DNA from: an uncultured Mycoplasma sp.
GTDB lineage: Bacteria > Bacillota_I > Bacilli_A > RF39 > UBA660
Assembly (NCBI GenBank): GCA_946554525.1
Contig: CAMNSE010000002.1
Coordinates: forward strand, 14,001 to 78,000
DNA: 64,000 bases
Direction of reading: 5' to 3'
In this document: piece by piece, positions 9,305 through 18,784 of the stretch
Numbering within the stretch: position 1 is the first letter of the stretch
Layout: the number at the start of each line of letters is the position of its first letter
The notes under the pieces: model-generated
Databases searched by the model: none
Seen by the model: the letters and a program-made list of their open reading frames with translations, nothing else
What the model was told of the DNA's origin: nothing
Made by a program: the position numbers and the translations under genes

Positions 9305-9483
9305 TAAAAACCCAGATGGAAAGTTTATTTATGATAAAATCCCGCATGACCGCAGGTGGTAAGAAACATATATGCTTCCGGATTCTGACTATACTACATA
9401 TCAGCTTTCAACTCCACATATAATTATTCTCCCTAAATTATCACATAGTCGGTTTTATGAAAAATAAACTATATCCTCTAGGT
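9305..9483 (-). ncRNA. ssrS: candidate 6S RNA (SsrS/BsrA-like)
   Basis: It has its own promoter. The roughly 180-nt transcript has 5' and 3' ends that pair: 6 bp + 2 bp + a perfect 9 bp + 6 bp. This gives a rod with internal loops, followed by UUUUUAUUU. The slot matches B. subtilis bsrA, which lies upstream of yrvM/tcdA. No covariance-model search was run. Confidence 0.5.
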
Positions 9484-9489
9484 ATTTTT

Positions 9490-9519
9490 ATTATATCATA
9501 ATATAAATTTTATATTCAA
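9490..9519 (-). promoter_or_regulatory. promoter of the candidate 6S RNA (TTGAAT-18 nt-TATAAT)
   Basis: On the minus strand, TTGAAT at 9519-9514 and TATAAT at 9495-9490, immediately before the closing helix. Confidence 0.45.
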
Positions 9520-9542
9520 TAAATAAGATGACACTTTACACT

Positions 9543-10085
9543 TTATTTTCTTTCAATTAAGTTTAAAGTACGCACAAGTTTACTTACCGCTCTATTTATA
9601 GCAAGCGCGTCCATATTATGATATTCTACCTCGTTATATATTCTTCCATTAGTTATCTTAAACTCAATTTTTTCTAAATCTTTCTTTTGTAAACCTTTAG
9701 ATCCATTAGTTCTATAATAATTTAACCCCAATCTACGATAATGAGTATGAAATTCATCATCTAAAATTACATAAGGAAAATTTGGATATTTCTTTAGATA
9801 ATCTATTATTCCTAGCGCTCTACTAGGAACACGCTTATTTAAATAGTAACCTTCAAAATTGGGATCAATAAAATCAATATTATGAAAGCCTAATTTATTT
9901 AAATATAAAGTAAATCTCTTTTTTCTTTCTTCTTCTCCACTGCCCAAAAGAGAACTAATAACAACAATCTTAGCATTATAGGTAATTATTAATTTTTTTA
10001 ACGTATCTATTGCTTCCATTGTTAATTTATCAATATTATTATTTATTACACCGTCAAAATCTAAAAATATCAAATTTTCTGTCAT
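9543..10085 (-). CDS. HAD-superfamily phosphatase-like protein
   Basis: N-terminal FLDFDGVINN (DxDG motif I) and a later ILDDE acidic motif. 180 aa. Confidence 0.55.
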   Translation of the reverse strand: MTENLIFLDFDGVINNNIDKLTMEAIDTLKKLIITYNAKIVVISSLLGSGEEERKKRFTLYLNKLGFHNIDFIDPNFEGYYLNKRVPSRALGIIDYLKKYPNFPYVILDDEFHTHYRRLGLNYYRTNGSKGLQKKDLEKIEFKITNGRIYNEVEYHNMDALAINRAVSKLVRTLNLIERK

Positions 10086-10113
10086 ATTTCCTCCAAAAAT
10101 TAAAAATATTATA

Positions 10114-10147
10114 GCAAAAAAATGAATAACCTACAAGTTATCCATTT
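10114..10147 (-). terminator. intrinsic terminator after gatB
   Basis: On the minus strand, AAAUGGAUAAC-uuguag-GUUAUUCAUUU (11 bp including one G-U) followed by UUUUUUG. The gatB stop lies in the stem. Confidence 0.7.
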
Positions 10148-11568
10148 AATTTTTTATTTAGTATTTCTTTAGTTAATACAGGGTTCGCTTTGCCTCTTGT
10201 TTCTTTCATTACTTGACCTACAAAATAGTCAAATAAATTAGTTTTACCATTATGATATTCTTCAATTTGGTTTTTACTTCTATCTAATATTGTATCAATT
10301 AGTGCTTCAAGTTCACTTTCATCATTAATTTGAACGTTATCACTTGTAATATATTCTGATATTTCTTTTTTCTCATCCAAAGCTTTATTAAAAATATCTT
10401 TTGCCTGTTTTGAACTAATTTTTCCACTAGTAATAGCATCAGTCAAATCTTTTAAACGTTTTGGCGTAACAAAAATATCTTTTATATCTAAACCTAATTT
10501 ATTGATAGCCCCAAGTATTTGAGTAGTAATCCAGTTACAAGCTACTTTAGCATCGATTCCAAGGTTTAAGCATTCTTCAAAATAATCAGCTATAGCCTTT
10601 TCTTTTACTAAAATAGTAGCATCATAATGGCTCAAGCCATAATTCTTAATATAATCATGTTTACGTTCTAAATGAAGCCTTGGAATTTCTTTTTTTAGGT
10701 TTTCTAGCCAATTATTCGTAATTTTATACTTTGGAATATTAGGCTCAACAAAGTATTTGTAATCAACTGCATCTTCTTTACTACGCATATGCACTGTTGT
10801 AGCAGATTCTTCGTCCCATCGTCTAGTTTCTTGTTCTACCTCATCATATCTTCCCTGCATCTTTAACTCTGTTTGCCTTTTGATTTCGTAATTAATCGTA
10901 TCATAAACGCCACTAAAAGAGTTTACATTCTTAACTTCAACTCTTGTGCCAAATTCTTTTGCATCACAATCCATAATAGAAACATTTACATCACATCTAA
11001 TTTGTCCTTTTTTAGTATCAGCTTCTGATACGTCTAAATACTTATATACATCACGCATGTGTTCTAAGAATGCAACAGCATCTTCAGCACTATGAAGACA
11101 TGGCTCAGTAACAAGTTCTAAAAGTGGTACTCCAGCTCGGTTATAATCAATATTGGAAGTATTAAAGTAATGATCTAAACTAGCTGTATCTTCTTCTAAA
11201 TGTACATCATGAATTTGAACAGGAATTAATTTTTCTTCAACTTCAATTAGGATCTCTCCATTTATACCAACCGGAGATTCCATTTGAGTTATTTGATATC
11301 CCTTTGGCAAATCAGGATAATAATAGTTTTTACGATCAAAATACAAATATTCAGGTTGAGTGCACCCTAGTGCCATACTTACCTTTAAGGCATCTGCAAC
11401 GCATTTTTTATTTACAATTGGCAGAGTTCCAGGAAATGCCATATCAAGTGCTTGTATATTGATGTTTGGCGTTTCGCTATAAGAGTTTCTAGCACTAGAA
11501 AACACTTTTGAATTGCTTTTTAATTCGCAGTGCATTTCTAGCCCTATTACAGCAACTTGTTTTTTCAC
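10138..11568 (-). CDS. gatB: Asp/Glu-tRNA amidotransferase subunit B
   Basis: 476 aa. N-terminus IGLEMHCEL, with a C-terminal YqeY-like domain. Overlaps gatA by 4 nt. Confidence 0.95.
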   Translation of the reverse strand: MKKQVAVIGLEMHCELKSNSKVFSSARNSYSETPNINIQALDMAFPGTLPIVNKKCVADALKVSMALGCTQPEYLYFDRKNYYYPDLPKGYQITQMESPVGINGEILIEVEEKLIPVQIHDVHLEEDTASLDHYFNTSNIDYNRAGVPLLELVTEPCLHSAEDAVAFLEHMRDVYKYLDVSEADTKKGQIRCDVNVSIMDCDAKEFGTRVEVKNVNSFSGVYDTINYEIKRQTELKMQGRYDEVEQETRRWDEESATTVHMRSKEDAVDYKYFVEPNIPKYKITNNWLENLKKEIPRLHLERKHDYIKNYGLSHYDATILVKEKAIADYFEECLNLGIDAKVACNWITTQILGAINKLGLDIKDIFVTPKRLKDLTDAITSGKISSKQAKDIFNKALDEKKEISEYITSDNVQINDESELEALIDTILDRSKNQIEEYHNGKTNLFDYFVGQVMKETRGKANPVLTKEILNKKLNG

Positions 11569-13019
11569 TTTATTACCTCCTTTGCAATTTGGCCTTTATA
11601 ATTCATTTTAGACTCTAAAGCATAAGCAAGGTTTAAAATTTTTTCATCTTCATAACAATTTCCAGTAATATTAATACCAACAGGTAAATTATTTATAAAA
11701 CCATTTGGAATAGTAATTGAAGGAAATCCCCCAAAATTTCCAATTTGTAAATGTTCTTCTAAAGCAGTTGTATTATCATCTACCATATCTGACTCAGCAT
11801 CTAATAATTTTGCTGGTCCATTTGAAACTGGTAAAATTAAACCATCATATTTTTTAAATAATTCTTTCACTGTATCGACAATTAATCTGCGAACTCTCCC
11901 CGCATTTCTAAAATAACGTTCTTGATTTTCCTTTTGTAATACATAAGAGCCTATTACAAAGCGGCGCTTAATTAAAGGAGAAAAACCATTAGTACGATGC
12001 TCCTTTATCATTTCGGTTACATTAGGATTACTACCTCTAGGTCCAAATATAATTCCGGTTAAATTAGACATATTACTAGTTGCTTCAGCACAAGAAATCA
12101 CTACATAGACACTAGCGATTGCATTTAGAAGATCTTCATTTATACTTTCTTCATGAACACTTACACCTAAATCTTTATATAACTCTAATGTTTTGTGAAA
12201 ATTATCTAAATGCATCTTTAATTCTTCCGATGCCTTTGGATAATTATTAATATCACATAACTCTTTAATATAAAATAGTTTTTTGCCGCTTACATCACCA
12301 GTTAATGAATCTAGCAAATGGATATTACTTGAATCCCAAGTAGTCATATCATTTGGGTCTATTCCTTTCATTGCATCTACTACAATTGCAGCATCCTCTA
12401 CGCTACGAGTTAAAACCCCTGAATGATCCAAAGATGAAGCAAAAGGAAATAAGCCATAACGAGAAAGCATGCCATAAGTAGGCTTATATCCCACAATACC
12501 GCAAAAAGCTGCTGGCTTGCGAATAGAATCCCCAGTATCACTACCTATTGCATATGGATAAACTCCTGCAGCCACTGCACAAGCAGATCCCGCACTAGAT
12601 CCAGCACACATGCGTGATCTATCCCACGGATTTAAAACAGGCCCAGTGTGTCCAGTTGTTCCTGATCCGCCCATTCCAAATTCATCTAGAACAGTTTTAT
12701 TTACCATAACTGCGCCTTTATCAAATAAATTTTGAATAACAGTCGCAGTATAAAATGGGACATAATTTTTTAATGTATTAGAAGAACCAGTGGATAAAAC
12801 ATCTTTTGTAGAGTAATTATCTTTAACTCCAAATGGAATTCCAGAAATAAGCTCATCAGTAATAGTACAAGGTTTAGCATCATCACAAATTGTTACAAAC
12901 GCATTATACTCTTCTTGCACACGCTTAGATTTTTCTAAAGATTCATGGATTAATTCTTCACTAGTAATTTTTCCTTCTTTTAATAACTCGTGAAGTTCGG
13001 TTATACTTTTATCCATCAT
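11565..13019 (-). CDS. gatA: Asp/Glu-tRNA amidotransferase subunit A (amidase)
   Basis: Amidase signature GGSSGGSA-like region (CAGSSAGSACAVAAG) and GSDTGDSIRKPAAFCG. 484 aa. Confidence 0.95.
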   Translation of the reverse strand: MMDKSITELHELLKEGKITSEELIHESLEKSKRVQEEYNAFVTICDDAKPCTITDELISGIPFGVKDNYSTKDVLSTGSSNTLKNYVPFYTATVIQNLFDKGAVMVNKTVLDEFGMGGSGTTGHTGPVLNPWDRSRMCAGSSAGSACAVAAGVYPYAIGSDTGDSIRKPAAFCGIVGYKPTYGMLSRYGLFPFASSLDHSGVLTRSVEDAAIVVDAMKGIDPNDMTTWDSSNIHLLDSLTGDVSGKKLFYIKELCDINNYPKASEELKMHLDNFHKTLELYKDLGVSVHEESINEDLLNAIASVYVVISCAEATSNMSNLTGIIFGPRGSNPNVTEMIKEHRTNGFSPLIKRRFVIGSYVLQKENQERYFRNAGRVRRLIVDTVKELFKKYDGLILPVSNGPAKLLDAESDMVDDNTTALEEHLQIGNFGGFPSITIPNGFINNLPVGINITGNCYEDEKILNLAYALESKMNYKGQIAKEVIK

Positions 13020-13020
13020 A

Positions 13021-13317
13021 TTAATCCACCACCTTCGGAACTTCTATTTCCCTACCATCAATTTTAGCGGCATTTTTAAGAGCATCTTCTATAGAAATAG
13101 ATTCTTTTGCAATATCATCACGAAGGTTAAAACAAAAATCATCTAAAGCATGTGTCATAGGTTCAATTTTTTCGATTCCTTCTATATTATTAATGATATC
13201 AATAGATTTGTCAATTGCTTCAAATTCATCTAAAACCATTTTATTTTCTTCATCTGTAAGGCCAATTAATAGCTTTTCAGCATAATCATCAACCATTTCT
13301 TTGGTAAATTTATTCAT
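13021..13317 (-). CDS. gatC: Asp/Glu-tRNA amidotransferase subunit C
   Basis: 98 aa, lying immediately upstream of gatA (1-nt gap). GatC-like acidic helix pattern. Confidence 0.85.
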   Translation of the reverse strand: MNKFTKEMVDDYAEKLLIGLTDEENKMVLDEFEAIDKSIDIINNIEGIEKIEPMTHALDDFCFNLRDDIAKESISIEDALKNAAKIDGREIEVPKVVD

Positions 13318-13372
13318 ACTTATCTCCTAACTATTCTTTCTTAAGAAAAATACTTCTTTCTTGATACAATTT

Positions 13373-14740
13373 TTAATATTCGCAATTTCCTGGTGTTCTT
13401 GGGTAAGGAATAACATCACGTATATTATCTACTCCTGTTAGATAAATAAGTAATCTTTCAAATCCCATTCCAAATCCTGAATGAATACATCCACCATATC
13501 TTCTTAAATTTAAATACCAATCCATTCCTGTATCATCCATATTTAATTCTTTCATACGTGCAATTAACTTTTCGTAATTTTCTTCTCTTTGAGAGCCACC
13601 CATTAATTCTCCAGCACCTGGAACCTCAAGATCAACAGCAGCAACAGTTTTACCATCCTCATTTTGTTTCATATAAAATGCCTTTATATCTTTTGGCCAG
13701 TTTTTAATAAATACAGGACCTCCAAAATATTCTGTAATATAGCGCTCATGTTCTTTTGCAATATCTTCTCCATATTCTGGTTTAAATTCCCAATCTACTT
13801 TAGCTTCTTTTAATATAGTAATTACATCTTTATGATCTATTCTAGTAAATTTACTACTTACCAATTTATTTAATTTTTCCCTTAAGCCTTTTTCAACAAA
13901 TTTATCAAAAAAATCTATTTCTTTAGATGCATTATCTAAAACATATTTAACAATATATTTAAGCATATCTTCCATAATATCCATATCACCATTTAAATCA
14001 CAAAATGCAATCTCAGGCTCAATCATCCAAAACTCTGATGCATGAGTTTTGGTATTAGAATTTTCCGCTCTAAAAGTTGGCCCAAATGTATAAGTTTTTT
14101 TATAAGCCAATGCAAAAGTTTCTGCCTCTAATTGACCACTAACGGTTAAATTTGTCATTTTCCCAAAGAAATCTTTAGAGTAATCAGGTTTACCATTTAA
14201 CTTATCAAGTGGGATAGTTGTTACTTGAAACATTTCTCCTGCACCTTCACAATCACTAGCAGTAATAAGAGGAGCATGAAAATAAACATATCCTCTATCT
14301 TGAAAATATTTATGAATTGCATAAGCAGCAACACTTCTTACTCTAAATACAGCTTGGAAAAGATTTGTTCGAGGGCGAAGATATGCAATTTCTCTTAAAA
14401 ATTCTCTAGTAGGTCTTCCTTTAGCTTGCAATGGATAATCATCTGGGCAATCTCCTGCTAACACTATTTTACTTACTTTTAATTCATAATCTTGTGTTCC
14501 ACTAGACTCAACAATTGTACCAACAACCTCAATTGCACACCCAACTAAATATTTTTGAACTTCGCTAAAATTAGCTAAACCATCATCATAAACAATCTGT
14601 AAATGTTCTTGGCAAGTTCCATCACTAAAATCAATGAATCCAAATGTCTTTTGATCACGATGACTTCTAATCCATCCTTTTACAGTAACTTCTTTATCTA
14701 AATAATCTTTGATATTATTAAATATCTCTCTTAAGTCCAT
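13373..14740 (-). CDS. asnS: asparagine--tRNA ligase
   Basis: Class IIb aaRS with an N-terminal OB fold. C-terminal GFGMGFERLL...IPYPRTPGNCEY is typical of AsnRS. 455 aa. Confidence 0.85.
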   Translation of the reverse strand: MDLREIFNNIKDYLDKEVTVKGWIRSHRDQKTFGFIDFSDGTCQEHLQIVYDDGLANFSEVQKYLVGCAIEVVGTIVESSGTQDYELKVSKIVLAGDCPDDYPLQAKGRPTREFLREIAYLRPRTNLFQAVFRVRSVAAYAIHKYFQDRGYVYFHAPLITASDCEGAGEMFQVTTIPLDKLNGKPDYSKDFFGKMTNLTVSGQLEAETFALAYKKTYTFGPTFRAENSNTKTHASEFWMIEPEIAFCDLNGDMDIMEDMLKYIVKYVLDNASKEIDFFDKFVEKGLREKLNKLVSSKFTRIDHKDVITILKEAKVDWEFKPEYGEDIAKEHERYITEYFGGPVFIKNWPKDIKAFYMKQNEDGKTVAAVDLEVPGAGELMGGSQREENYEKLIARMKELNMDDTGMDWYLNLRRYGGCIHSGFGMGFERLLIYLTGVDNIRDVIPYPRTPGNCEY

Positions 14741-14756
14741 TTTAACTTTTCCTTTC

Positions 14757-16496
14757 TTAATCTCTTATCTTAATATGTAATTCTCTTAATTGTTTTTCGT
14801 CAAGTACATTTGGGCTACCCATAAGTACATCCATTCCGCTTACATTTGGTGGAAATATTTGAACTTCTCTTAAGTTTTCTTCATCGCTTAAAAGCATAAT
14901 CATTCGATCAATTCCAGGTGCCATTCCTGCATGAGGAGGTGCTCCAAATTGAAATGCAGTATATAAAGAACGGAACTTATTTTTAATAACTTCTTCATCA
15001 TATCCAGCAATATTAAAAGCTTCTTTCATAATTTCAATATCATGATTTCTAACAGCACCACTAGCCATTTCACAGCCATTGCAAACAAAGTCATATTGAT
15101 AAGCAACTATATCTCCTGGGTTCTTAGTTTTTAAAGCTTCTAATCCCCCATTTGGCATACTAAATGGATTATGTCCAAAATCCCATTTGTTCTCATCTTC
15201 ATTCCATTCATACATTGGAAAATCATTAATAATACAAAATTCATATTTATTTTGATCTATTAAATCTAAATCATTTCCAAGCTTAGTTCTTAAAACTCCT
15301 GCCAACTTTTCTGGGTTTTTATTATCCGCTATAATAAATACTACATTTCCTGCCTGTAAATCTAAAATATTAGTTAAGGCACTTAATTCACTAGCATTTA
15401 AAAATTTTGTAATTGTGGATTTTAACTCTTTATTTTCTTCAACCTTAATATAAGCAAGACCTAAAGCGCCTTTTTCTTTCATATATTCTTCTAGTTTTTT
15501 ATACCAAGAATTAGGTTTATCTAAAGCACTTATTTTAATTGCTTTAATGGTTTTATTTTTAAAACCATTAAATTCAGTATTTTTAAATATTTCTGTTACA
15601 TCTTCAATTATTAAAGGGTTTCTTAAATCAGGTTTATCGCTTCCATATTTAGCCATTGCCTCTTTAAACGGAATTCTTCTAAATGGTGGAGCTGAGACTT
15701 CTTTTTTGCCAAATTTAGTAAAAATATCATAAAATATTTTTTCTCCTACAAAATATACATCCTCATCAGTAGCAAAACTCATTTCTAAATCTAATTGATA
15801 AAATTCAAGTGTTCTATCAGCTCTGCAGTCTTCATCACGAAAACATGGGGCAATTTGAAAATATCTATTAAACCCTGAAACCATTAATAATTGCTTATAA
15901 ATTTGAGGAGCTTGAGGTAACGCATAAAATTTTCCTTTATAATTTCTAGAAGGAATGACAAAATCTCTAGCTCCTTCTGGCGAACTTGCGGTAATAATAG
16001 GCGTTGTGATTTCAGTGAAATTCATGCTTTTCATAAGTTCACGAATAGCGTCTATTACCTTAACACGAAGCAAAATTTTATCATGTACCTCTGGGTTTCT
16101 TAAATCTAAATAACGATATTTAAGGCGAGTTTCTTCTGAAGCTTCTTTACTACGATTTACTTCAAAAGGCAAAACATTCATACACTTTCCAAGGATTGTA
16201 ATATCCTCTAGTAAAATTTCAATTTCTCCAGTAGGCATATTTGGATTTATATCTGAACGCATTCTAACAGTTCCAGTAATAGTTGCTGTAGATTCTCTTG
16301 TAATATCTTTAAATCTATTTACATCTTCGCTAATTACTTGAACAATTCCAGTCTCATCACGAAGAGTAATGAATACAAGACTTCCTAAATTACGAATAGA
16401 ATTAATCCATCCAGCTACCCTTACTGTTTTTCCAACATCAGTACCCCTTAAAACGCCACAATAAGTGTTGCGATATACATTTTCCATATACTTCAC
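14757..16496 (-). CDS. aspS: aspartate--tRNA ligase (bacterial type with GAD insertion)
   Basis: 579 aa. Motifs FYALPQAPQIYKQLLM, FRDEDCRADR and GAPPHAGMAPGIDR. The true start may be the internal Met (MENVY). Confidence 0.93.
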   Translation of the reverse strand: MKYMENVYRNTYCGVLRGTDVGKTVRVAGWINSIRNLGSLVFITLRDETGIVQVISEDVNRFKDITRESTATITGTVRMRSDINPNMPTGEIEILLEDITILGKCMNVLPFEVNRSKEASEETRLKYRYLDLRNPEVHDKILLRVKVIDAIRELMKSMNFTEITTPIITASSPEGARDFVIPSRNYKGKFYALPQAPQIYKQLLMVSGFNRYFQIAPCFRDEDCRADRTLEFYQLDLEMSFATDEDVYFVGEKIFYDIFTKFGKKEVSAPPFRRIPFKEAMAKYGSDKPDLRNPLIIEDVTEIFKNTEFNGFKNKTIKAIKISALDKPNSWYKKLEEYMKEKGALGLAYIKVEENKELKSTITKFLNASELSALTNILDLQAGNVVFIIADNKNPEKLAGVLRTKLGNDLDLIDQNKYEFCIINDFPMYEWNEDENKWDFGHNPFSMPNGGLEALKTKNPGDIVAYQYDFVCNGCEMASGAVRNHDIEIMKEAFNIAGYDEEVIKNKFRSLYTAFQFGAPPHAGMAPGIDRMIMLLSDEENLREVQIFPPNVSGMDVLMGSPNVLDEKQLRELHIKIRD

Positions 16497-16499
16497 TCC

Positions 16500-17765
16500 T
16501 TATAAATTACTTATAATATAATCTAATATTTCATTTTCATCTATTTTTGTTTCTTCTTTTGTTAAATTGTCTTTAACAGCAATAACTCCTTTTTGCAAAT
16601 CCTCACTATTTAGGATTACTAGTGTTCTAGCTCCTAATCTATCAGCTTGCTTAAATTGAGCCTTTAATCCTCTATCTAAAGTATCCATTTCTGTTTTAAC
16701 CTCACACCAACGTAAGTCTTGCGCAAGTTTAATTGCTGTTCTTCTTTCTTCCTCATTTACAGCAAGCACATATACATCAATAGAATCATTAACCAATTTG
16801 TCTTTATTTAACTCTTTTAAAATAATCATTAATCTATCTATTCCACAAGCAAATCCAACGCATGGAGTTGCCGGTCCATCTAAAGCCTCTACTAGGCCGT
16901 TATATCTCCCACCAGCTCCTAAAACATTAGCATTACCTAATTCCTTCATATCACTTACAAACTCAAATACAGTATGATCATAATAATCAAGACCACGTAC
17001 AATATTTGGATCTACTTCATAGTCTACATCAAGTTCCATTAAATATTCTAAAACTGTATCAAAACGCTTTTTACTATCTGGGTTTAAATAATCAAGAATT
17101 GATGGAGCGTTTTTAAGTATTTCACTATTATGATCAACCTTACAATCTAAAATTCTTAATGGATTAGTGGTAAAACGTGCTTTACAATCATCACATAAAT
17201 CATTAATATGCGGTTGTAAATAGCTAACTAAAGCTTCACGGTAATTATTTCTTGACTCTTTATCACCAAGTGTATTAATTTTAACTGTAATATTATCTAT
17301 TCCCATTTCTTCAAGTGTACGATATGCTAAAGATATAACTTCTGCGTCTTGCAAAGGATTATCGCTTCCAAGGACTTCTACTCCAAATTGAGATAGTTCT
17401 CTATATCTTCCAGCTTGAGGTCTTTCATAGCGATACATTGAGCCGCTATAGAATAATTTAATTGGTTGATTTACATCACCATACATTTTATTTTCAATAA
17501 ATGCACGTACAACCCCAGCAGTTCCCTCTGGTCTAAGTGTAATATTTCTATCTCCTCTATCTTTAAAATCATAAGTTTCTTTTGTTACAATATCGCTAGC
17601 GTCTCCTACACTTCTATGAAATAATTCACTAGCTTCAAATATAGGAGTTCTAATATAATCATAATGATATAACTCACACACTCTTGTAAATACACTATTA
17701 ATATAGTTATAGTATTTTGCGTCCTCCCCATATATATCATAAGTACCTTTTTGTTTTGCTATCAT
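16500..17765 (-). CDS. hisS: histidine--tRNA ligase
   Basis: 421 aa. Motifs RPEGTAGVVRAF, YRYERPQAGRYRE and GGRYNGL. Confidence 0.93.
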   Translation of the reverse strand: MIAKQKGTYDIYGEDAKYYNYINSVFTRVCELYHYDYIRTPIFEASELFHRSVGDASDIVTKETYDFKDRGDRNITLRPEGTAGVVRAFIENKMYGDVNQPIKLFYSGSMYRYERPQAGRYRELSQFGVEVLGSDNPLQDAEVISLAYRTLEEMGIDNITVKINTLGDKESRNNYREALVSYLQPHINDLCDDCKARFTTNPLRILDCKVDHNSEILKNAPSILDYLNPDSKKRFDTVLEYLMELDVDYEVDPNIVRGLDYYDHTVFEFVSDMKELGNANVLGAGGRYNGLVEALDGPATPCVGFACGIDRLMIILKELNKDKLVNDSIDVYVLAVNEEERRTAIKLAQDLRWCEVKTEMDTLDRGLKAQFKQADRLGARTLVILNSEDLQKGVIAVKDNLTKEETKIDENEILDYIISNL

Positions 17766-17998
17766 TTTTCTCTATCCCTTCTAAAATAAAAAACTTAGTA
17801 AAATACATAAGGACGAGTATAACCCGCGGTGCCACCTTATTTTACTAAGTACTCTCAAATTTTTATCGCAAACCTGAACTTGCGTTTTCTAATATAGAAA
17901 GCTGTCTTTCAAATATAATTACTTAGACATTTCCACCATTTAGTCCTCTCTTTAAAGCAAACTTATATTTACTCGGTCTTTCCTTAGAAAATTACTAT
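17766..17998 (-). promoter_or_regulatory. T-box riboswitch leader of the hisS-aspS(-asnS-gatCAB) operon; apparent specifier GAC (Asp)
   Basis: T-box sequence GGUGGCACCGCGGGU at 17822-17836. Stem I elements AGAGAG and GGUGGAA are present. The specifier loop reads GAAA-GAC-A at 17904-17906. The terminator is ACUUAGUAAAAUA...UAUUUUACUAAGU followed by UUUUUUAUUUU. Confidence 0.85.
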
Positions 17999-18004
17999 AT
18001 TTTT

Positions 18005-18033
18005 ATTGTATTATAAAAACTAAAATTAGTCAA
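18005..18033 (-). promoter_or_regulatory. promoter of the T-box leader (TTGACT-17 nt-TACAAT)
   Basis: On the minus strand, TTGACT at 18033-18028 and TACAAT at 18010-18005. Confidence 0.55.
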
Positions 18034-18038
18034 GAAAT

Positions 18039-18635
18039 TTATTTGGCTGATTGATATCTAGAAAGATGTCTTTGCACACTTTTAAAATGGTGATTTTCAC
18101 TCATTTTATCCGCATATGAACATATAATTCTATTTCTCACGATAAATTCTCCAGAAACCTCTTTGTTTGCAGTAAAATACAGTCTTTCTCCAACTGCTTG
18201 ATATAATTTTGAACTAAAAAGGTTTTGATTAATAACATTTCTGGCATCATTTAAAGCTTTTTCATCATTTTTTTCTGTTAAATACTCAAAAACATTTTTA
18301 CCACAATCGAGTTCACATTCAACTTCATGATCATCATCAAAACTAATAATTGTTCCGCATTTATCCATCATCAAAAATCCGCCACCGCTTAAATTAATCT
18401 TAGCATATTCTATAAACTTCATACAGCTTCTATCAAAATCACCCAAACTTCTTAAATCTTGAGGCAAAAAACATAGTTCAGCACTTCCTTGCCTTACCTT
18501 ACCTATAAAAATCTCCGAAAGCTTTTTCACTAAATTAATTATATATACTTCATCATTATCTAGTGCTAAAACTTGATTATAAAATTCAATTGCTTCCTCT
18601 AGTTTACTTACACTTTTTGTTTTTTTATTTATCAT
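18039..18635 (-). CDS. hypothetical protein (198 aa from the ATG at 18635; the ORF track begins at a TTG at 18659)
   Basis: GGAG lies 8 nt before the ATG, with TATAAT at 18676-18671. It is an independent unit between the dtd terminator and the T-box promoter. I recognised no motif. Confidence 0.45.
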   Translation of the reverse strand: MINKKTKSVSKLEEAIEFYNQVLALDNDEVYIINLVKKLSEIFIGKVRQGSAELCFLPQDLRSLGDFDRSCMKFIEYAKINLSGGGFLMMDKCGTIISFDDDHEVECELDCGKNVFEYLTEKNDEKALNDARNVINQNLFSSKLYQAVGERLYFTANKEVSGEFIVRNRIICSYADKMSENHHFKSVQRHLSRYQSAK

Positions 18636-18681
18636 AATTCTTCTCCATTTCTTTTTCAAAAGTAAAATGAATTATAGCAAG

Positions 18682-18708
18682 AAAAAAAAGAAATGTAAAG
18701 CACATTTC
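18682..18708 (-). terminator. intrinsic terminator after dtd
   Basis: On the minus strand, GAAAUGU-gcuuu-ACAUUUC followed by an 8-nt U-run. Confidence 0.75.
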
Positions 18709-18784
18709 CTTAAAGTTACAAATAACGACTAAATTAGCTATTTAAACTATTTTTTTATAAAAATTCAAATTTAAGTATTAAAAT

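Noticed and set aside
9345-9400. Possible SRP (4.5S/scRNA) domain IV, because GUCAGAAUCCGGAAGC resembles GUCAGGUCCGGAAGGAAGCAGC
   Set aside because: The GGAA tetraloop helix cannot form (UCC-GGAA-GCA), and the conserved AGCA/GGCA loop partners are missing. Long-range pairing of the 5' and 3' ends plus the synteny fit 6S RNA better.
13334-13345. Palindrome TTTCTTAAGAAA in the asnS-gatC gap as a terminator
   Set aside because: It is a loop-less 12-nt palindrome with no U-run, so it is unlikely to terminate transcription.
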